From an uncultured Planctomycetaceae bacterium (GTDB taxonomy: Bacteria > Planctomycetota > Planctomycetia > Isosphaerales > Isosphaeraceae), in the NCBI GenBank assembly GCA_963833985.1, contig CAWIAD010000001.1, positions 416,001 to 480,000 of the forward strand: a stretch of 64,000 nt of DNA. The letters run 5' to 3'. The first letter of the stretch is position 1; each line of letters starts with the position of its first letter. The position numbers were made by a program, and so were the translations under genes. Below are positions 56,623-64,000 of this stretch, piece after piece. Below the pieces are notes generated by a model. That model worked only from the letters and a program-made list of their open reading frames with translations. It did no database searches and was not told the DNA's origin.

Positions 56623-59600
56623 ATGGGAAGCTTCAAGGCAAACGGTGGGGAACAGGGGCCAAGAGGGCGTCGGGCTACCAAGCTTGCCAGACGGCGGAAT
56701 CCGCTGAAGCTGGAGTGCCTCGAAGAGCGCCTGTTGCTGACTGGCGCACCGCGGTGGCACCCGACCTCGACGAACATCGCGGACGTCCAGAACGGCCCGA
56801 TGGCCAACATGGGCGGCCAGCTCATCAATCTCTACGAGTCGTTCCAGGGTGGGACCACCAATCCCGCCAATCTGGCCAAGCAGTTCCCGCTCGACCAGTT
56901 CCAGGGCGACTCGGTGCTCATCGGCATCAACGCCTACACCGATTTCTCCGGGTTCAAGACGTCGCTCCAGAACCTGGGCATGCAGATCGTCGACACCAAC
57001 CCGACCACCGGCCTGATTGACGGTTACCTGCCCATCAACCAGTTGCCCACCGCCGCCGAGCTTCCGCAGACGATGAGCGGCCAGCCGGACCTGAAGCCGC
57101 AGAGCGCCGGTGCGGCCATCAACGAGGCCGCCTACTCCACCGCCGCCAACGTCGCGACCCAGCAGACCGGACTCACGGGCGCGGGTGTGAACGTCGGCGT
57201 GATCAGCAACAGCTTCAACAACCTGGGCGGTTACGCCACCGACGTCTCCACGGGCGACCTGCCCCCCAACGTGAACATCCTGGCGGAAGGGACCGGCGGT
57301 GATGACGAGGGCCGCGCGATGGCCCAGAACATCTACCACATCGCGCCCGGCGCCGGCCTCGCGTTCGCCACCGCGGGCGCAACGGACCAGCAGTTCGGCC
57401 AGAACATCCTGGCGCTGGCCAACACGGCCAAGTCGAACATCATCGTCGACGACATCCGCACCAGTAGCGACCCCTTCTTCCAGCCAGGCTACATCACCCA
57501 GGCGATCAACACCGTCACCGCGCAGGGCATCCCGTACTTCTCCTCCGCCAGCAACGAGTCCAACCACGGCTACCTGTCGAACTTTCGCGCGGCCACCGGC
57601 ACCGTCACCGGCGTGGGCACCGGCACGTTCATGAATTTCAACCCGAGCGGCACCTCGCTGCTCTTGCCCGTCACGGTGAACGTGGCGAACACCCTGATCG
57701 ACTTCCAGTTCGATCAGCCCTGGGCGACGCAGGAGCCGACCGGCTCGCCGGGACCGACGTCGCAGCTCAACTTCTACGTGCTCGACAGCGCGGGCAACAT
57801 CATCGCCTCCGGAACCAACAACAACGTGGCCACCCAGGAGCCCCAGCAGCTCGTCAACGTGACGTCCACGGGCAGCTATTTCGTGGCCATCCAGCTGGTT
57901 TCCGGGCCCAACCCCGGACACGTCGAGTTCCTCCAGTTCACACAGCAATCCACCAACGACCTGATCGTCTCGCAGCAGTACGGTTCCACCGGAGGAACGT
58001 ATTATCCGACCTCCTACGGCCACAACTCGGCCGCGTCGACGATCGGCGTGGGCGCGGTGCCGTGGTGGTCGCCCCCTCCGTTCCTGGGCCAGAACCCGCT
58101 GGCCAGCGAGCCATACAGCTCGGCTGGGCCGCAGATCCAGGTCTTTGACGCCAACGGCACGGCCCTGAGCTCGCCGCTCACGGTCCAGAATCCGTCGGTG
58201 ACCGCGCCCGATGGCGGCAACACCACCTTCTTCGGCACCGTCGCCGCCACGAACAATCCGCCCATCCCGGGCCAGCCCGCCACCACCACCAACCTGTACG
58301 CCAGCTTCACCCCCGACCAGTCGAACCTGCCGAGCTTCTTCGGCACGTCGTCCGCCGCACCGAACACGGCCGCGATCGCCGCGCTCGATGATGCAGCGCG
58401 TGCCGACAGCCACCCCGGCCCAGATCAAGGCCGCCCTGATCGCGTCGGCCTCCACCTCGCCCATGAACGGCGCCACGCCGGGCACCTGGGACCAGACCGG
58501 CGGCTACGGTTTGATCAACGCCGTGAAGGCCATCAATGCCATCGACGTGCTGCGCGTGCTTTCGACAGACCCGGCCAACGGCTCGACCGTGACGGTCACC
58601 CCCAGCGCGATCACGGTCACCTTCAGCAAGCCGGTGAACTTCTCCACGGTCTCCAGCGCCGATATCCAGTTCACCGCGGAGCCCGCGGGCGTGACGGTGA
58701 ACCTGGGTACGCCGGTGGCCGTGGACAACCCCACCTTCCCGACGATCATCTCCTTCCCGTTCAGCTTCAGCTACACGAACCCGCCGACCGTCACGGCCAA
58801 TGGCACTTACTCGTTCATCGTCACCAACGCCAACCCCGCCGCGCCGGTGACTTCCGAGGACGGCAAGGCGCTGGTGCCCTCCGGCACCATCACCTTCACG
58901 CTCAACGATACAACCGCGCCGGAAGTGGCCAGCACGTCGGTCCTCTCACGCATCGTCACGATCCAGTTCACCAAGGCGATGAACCCCGCCACCATCACCC
59001 TGGCCAACCTCTTCGTCGAGCGGCAGGGCGGCACGGGCAACTGGAACTCGCCGATCGACCTGAACAATGACCCGCGCGTCAAGATCAGCTACAACCCGCT
59101 CACCGACACGGCCACGCTCGACTACAGCGGCCTGCCCCAGAGCGAGATGCCGACCGACGACTACCGCATCGTCGTCAGGAGCGGCGCGTCGGGCGTGACC
59201 GACCTGGTGGGCAACGAGCTCGACGGCGAGTTCAGCGGCTCGTTCCCCTCGGGCAACGGCACCGCGGGGGGCGACTTCATCGAGGACCTGGGCTTGCAGG
59301 TGCTCCAGGCGCCCACAATCACCCTGTTCCAGATGACCGCCGCGACTGATTCGGGCATTGCCGGCGACCAGAACACCAACAACTCCCAGCCCCAGTTCAT
59401 CGGCCAGGTGTACAGCACCTTCCCGGGAACCGTGTCCAACGTGCAGGTCTACGTCGAGTTCAACGGGCTGCACCCCTCGCTGGGCGGCGGGTTCGACCTG
59501 GGCGTTGGCGGTGGCGGACGCGGTTACGTGGGCAATTACGACGTCCTCACGTCCACGAACACCGCGGGCACGTTCACGATCTCGCCGCCCCCGCTTCCGG

Positions 59601-62600
59601 AGGGCTTCCAGTACGCGCAGATCGTGGTTGTCGGCCAACCCGACGCGCCCCCCTTGCCGGGTCTCTCGTCCTCTCAGGAGCACGCTTTCCGCATCGACAA
59701 GACCGCGCCGGTGGTTCAGTCGGTCAGCCAGATCAACGGGACCGCGCCGCCCTCGCCGGCGAACCTCTCCACGCTCCAGTCGCTCCAGTTCACCGTGCAG
59801 GACCCGGTGAGCCAGGCCTACAGCTACATGGCGACCCCGTCGCAGGTGCTTTTCCCGGCCATCTGGCCCACGACGGCGTCCAATATCAGCAATTATTCGC
59901 TCATCCTGACGGGTCCGAACGGCGCCCAGACCGACGAGTCGCAGTACATCACCACGGCGACGTTCACGGCCACGGCGCCCACGTTCTCGGGCAGCAACAT
60001 CGCCGACTACAACGGCGTGATCAACCTCACCTTCTCCACCGGCATTCCCGCCGGCGCCTACCAGTTGATCGCGCACACCAAGGAGCAGCAATTCCCCGGC
60101 CTGCTCGATGCGGCCGGCAACCCGCTCACCCAGAGCTTCACGTACAACTTCAGTCTTCAGAACCAGCCGGCCTTCATCACCAACATCGCGATGGAGAGCA
60201 CTTACACCAGTAATGGCTCCACGGCGCTCGGCGGCCCGCGGTCGTACTACGAGCTGCCGAGTACGCTGCCGGGATACACGGCCCGCGCCCAGGCGCCGCC
60301 AACGGCCTGGGTGATGGATCTTTCCAACCCGCTTCCCTACGCCGACCCCAACGGCACCAGCTACTCCAGCGACGTCCAGCTCATCCGCTCCGCCGACAAC
60401 GCCTCCGCGCCGGCCGACGGCAACTTCGGCAACCTGGGCCAGGGCGGCATGGGCAGTTCCGGCTCCGGCTTCACGATCGTGCCGGGCACCTCGGTGACGC
60501 TCTACACCTACAATGCCACATCCGGCCTGTGGGCCTCGACGCCCGCGGGCGGCAGCGGTACGCGTCTGGTGCTCACGCTGGCCCCGAACACCACGCTGCC
60601 GGCAGACTACTACCGGCTGTACGTGCCCAACCAGGTGGATACCACCGGCACGGATTCCCGCATCTACGACATCTACGGCAACCAGCTTGACGGTGAGTTC
60701 CTGGGCAACGCCACCTCGACGCTGGCCACATCCGAATTCCCCGGCCAGCCGCCGGTGAGCAGCCAGTTCTCGGGCATCTTCACGTACGAGGACCAGCTTT
60801 CCTCGGGCGTTTACCGCCAGGGCATGTCGGGCGATGGCGTGGTCGGCGGCGCGTTCGAGACCGCATTCGTGGTTGTGCCTCCGGCGACCACGATGACCAC
60901 ATCCACCGGCGCCACCGAGACCATCAGCAACATTGTGTACGCCCGTCCCGACTATGTCGAGGATCCGCTGCTCGCGTCCACGGCGCCCGACGGCAGCCTG
61001 GCGAAGCCGTACTCCACCCTGGCTCCGGAGGGAGATCCCTCAACCGCGCCGGCGAATCCGAACCACGACCCCAACGGCGGACTGAACTCGAGCCAGTTCT
61101 TCCTCTCCGGCTTCAACCCGCAATACGACCGCAACGGCAACGGCGTGTTCGACCGCTCGGCCCTGTACGCGGCTTCCCAGCTCGCTTTTCGCGGCCCGGT
61201 GGTGGTCATCGCCCTGCCGGGCACGCCGCAGTACAACCCGATCACCGGCCAGGTCACCCAGAAGACGTTCACCCTCCAGGCGCCGGCCGGATCGAGCGCC
61301 ACGATCAACAACGCCAGCGCCTCGGTCCCGTTCGACACGACGCTCGTGTTCGCCCCGGGCTCGACCCTGAAGTCGCAGAACGCGTCGCTCTTCGTCCAGA
61401 ACCAGGGGAGTGCCCTGGAGGTGCTGGGCGGCTCGCTACCGGGCCAGCAGGTGAACTTCACCAGCTACAACGACGCCAGCATCGGCGGCGCCTCCAACGG
61501 CAATCCGGACACCACCCCCCGCAAGGGAGACTGGGGCGGCATCGTCCTGCGCAGCTACGACGAGGCGATCGCGGCCAACCAGGTGTCGTTCCCGGTCGAC
61601 GGCGTGACCCAGGGCATCAACGGGCCGGCCGTCTCCGGAGCTGATGACGGCATGTCCATCATCAACGGCGCGAGCATCCAGTATGCCGGCGGGCCCGTTC
61701 CCCAGAGCAGCAGCAACTTCTACAGCGGCATCACGCTCTACAATGCTCGTCCGGCGATCACCAACGATACCATCACCAGCACCGGGCTGACCGGCGGCCT
61801 CGAAGCCGCCATTGCCGCCGATATGGACTCGTTCCGCCAGGACGACCTCGCCTGGGGTCCGCTCATCCGCCGCGTCACGGTGTCCAACAACAGCCTCAAC
61901 GGCATCTGGCTGATCGCCAATACCTACGACGGCTTCATCCAGCCGTCGAACGCGGTGCCTTACCCGAGCAATCCCACGAGCCTGGGTGGCACGCAGAACT
62001 ACGTCTTCTTCGAGTCCCTGCCGTTCATCGTCACCAACCAGCTCGTGGTCGGCCAGTTTGCGCTGGTGAATACGGGCGGCAGCACAGCCTACCGTGACGA
62101 TCGGCTGTACATCCAGCCGGGCGTGATGATGAAGTTCGACAAGGGGGCCGGCCTCGACCTCCTGAACCCGGGCGCCAGCCTGAACGTGGGCTCGCGGTCC
62201 TATATCAGCGGCTATGACCAGAACCACTCCTACGGACCGGGCAGCACCGGTTTCACGGCCGAGGTGGCCAGCGATCCGAACGTGCTGTTCACTACGCTCT
62301 TCGACGACAACGCCACAACGACCCTGGTGCCCAATCCGATCAACGCGACCGGCGAGACCACGCCGACCACGCTGGGACCGGCATTGTGGGGCAGCATTGG
62401 CATCCAGAGCGGTGCGGTCGCGGTGATCAACGCGGCCACCTTCCAGTATGGCGGTGGAGGCATGAACACGCCCACCCAGACGCTCCCCTCGCAGTCGGTC
62501 CTGGCGTTCACCACCGCGCCGTTCCTGTTCCCGCTGCCTCCCACCGCCTCGTCCGACCTGGGCACCCACGTCTACGTCACCAACAATAACTTCTATAACA

Positions 62601-64000
62601 ACTTCGACGCGGCGATGCAGATCGAGCCCAATGGCCTGCTGGCCGGCGATCCACTGCATCCGCTCGTCTCCGGCCATCCGTTCATTCACGGCAACGTGCT
62701 TCAGAACAACGGCATCGACGGAATGGCCGTGGTGACCTCGCGCTCTTACCTGTTCGACCCGACGCAAAGCTGGAAGTACATCGGGCCGGAGGAAGCCAAT
62801 CTGAGCGCGTTCTCCGCCAACCAGACCGTGAACGCCGTCTGGGACCTGACGGACATCACCTATGTCTTGCGGGGAACCGTGGTCCTGGCGGGCTCTTACT
62901 GGTTTGGCGTAAGAACGCCGGCACCGGTGCCGAGCGCCACCTATACCTCGCCGCCCAGCCCATCGGTCTCGCTGACCATCCAGGCCGCTCTCCCGGGGAC
63001 GGTCCTGGCCGACGGCAGCGTGATTCCGAACCCGGGCAACACCGTGATCGTCAAGTTGCTGAGCGAGAACACGACGAATGGCTCGGGCGCGCTGGGGACC
63101 TACGGCTCGACCGGGACCGGCGCCTCGCAGCAGGGCGGGGCCGGGATCATCGCGGGCGTTGACGACAGCACCGACCCGACCGCCAGCCCGCTGGTCGATC
63201 CGGGTGCGTACTCTCAGCTCCGTATTCTGGGCATTCCCGGCAATCAAACCACCGGCCAGCAGCGTGTGCCGGTGATCATGACCTCGCTCCGCGACGACAC
63301 CGTCGGCTTCACGGTTCGAGGAGTGAGCAACTACAACATCTTCAACAGCTATCCGGTCGGACCGTACACGAAGTTCGCCGGACAGAGCCTGACCACGCCA
63401 GCGCCGGGAGACGGCGGCTACATCTACATCGGCGGCAACTCGCTGACCACCTACGACCTCACGGACCCACGCCAGGGGAGCCTGATCGACAACGCCAACC
63501 TCTCGTACATGACCCGGATCGAGATCCAGGGCGGAGGGATCGTGGATCAGCCGGCCACCGGCGGAGGCGGCTGGCTGCAAACGAAGTCGGGTTACGGCTC
63601 ACCGCTGGAGCAGCTGAACGCGGCCATGGCCGTGCGCATCTCCGACTCGAACATCAATTCCTTCTCCGATGCCGGCGTCTTCGTGCATCCCATGAGCGCC
63701 AACGCGCTCGTTCGCACGGTCGCCGCCGATGGATCGGTGTCACCGCCTGCCCGCGGCACGCTCAAGGGCGAACCCGTGACGCTGTACATGTACAACGACA
63801 CGATCGCCAACACCCCGCAAGGCGTGCACGTCAACTCCGAGACCGGGGCCGACACCACCGGACAGAGCCCGATGCAGCTCATCCTGCTGAACAACACCTT
63901 CTACAACGACGCCAACGCCGTCCAGACCATCTCTCCGCAGTACTCCGGCACTAACCTGCTGGCTCACACCTCCAGCCTGATCATGGACAACATCTTCGAC
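56623..64000 (+). CDS. giant secreted protein: planctomycete extracellular leader, S8-like domain, Ig-like and beta-helix regions (frameshift near 58387; runs off the window)
   Basis: RRRNPLKLECLEERLLLT leader; VGVISNS, DEGRAM, FFGTSSAAP. After one extra base the frame starting 58388 reads as consistent protein at the points checked (GGYGLINA, TDLVGNELDGEF, FTSYND, GDWGGI, last codons MDNIFD), and the ORF track shows no stop-terminated ORF in it. Confidence 0.92.

Overview
GC-rich bacterial DNA that reads as Planctomycetota, probably Isosphaeraceae-like (inference from a DUF1559 pilin-like gene, an RRRNPLKLECLEERLLL secretion leader, an ECF/Ser-Thr kinase-TPR pair and several kinases). About 40 coding regions are supported: a UvrD helicase, feoA-feoB plus a small Cys-rich gene under a clean sigma70 promoter with a Fur-like palindrome, an NCS1 permease, a Wza-like protein, an ACP, a hydrolase/PmtA-like methyltransferase/GH3 operon, three Ser/Thr kinases, PPi-type PFK, gnd, a cNMP-TrxB fusion, an S55 peptidase and beta-propeller pair, a DHDPS-like/DHODH-like pair, and a giant (>2400 aa) secreted S8-like protein running off the window end. 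About 15 genes, including gnd and pfk, carry single-base frameshifts that look like long-read errors. The most unusual structures are non-coding. A Tn5-like IS4 element sits in a REP hairpin inside a ~230-bp MITE, and both target duplications are intact. Several REP doublets lie inside outer terminal inverted repeats. A dispersed ~150-450-bp repeat brackets an intact Phd-VapC module, decayed toxin-antitoxin remnants lie beside repeats, and there are compound tandem arrays. I saw no tRNA, rRNA or CRISPR array. All protein assignments come from motif recognition by eye, with no database searches.
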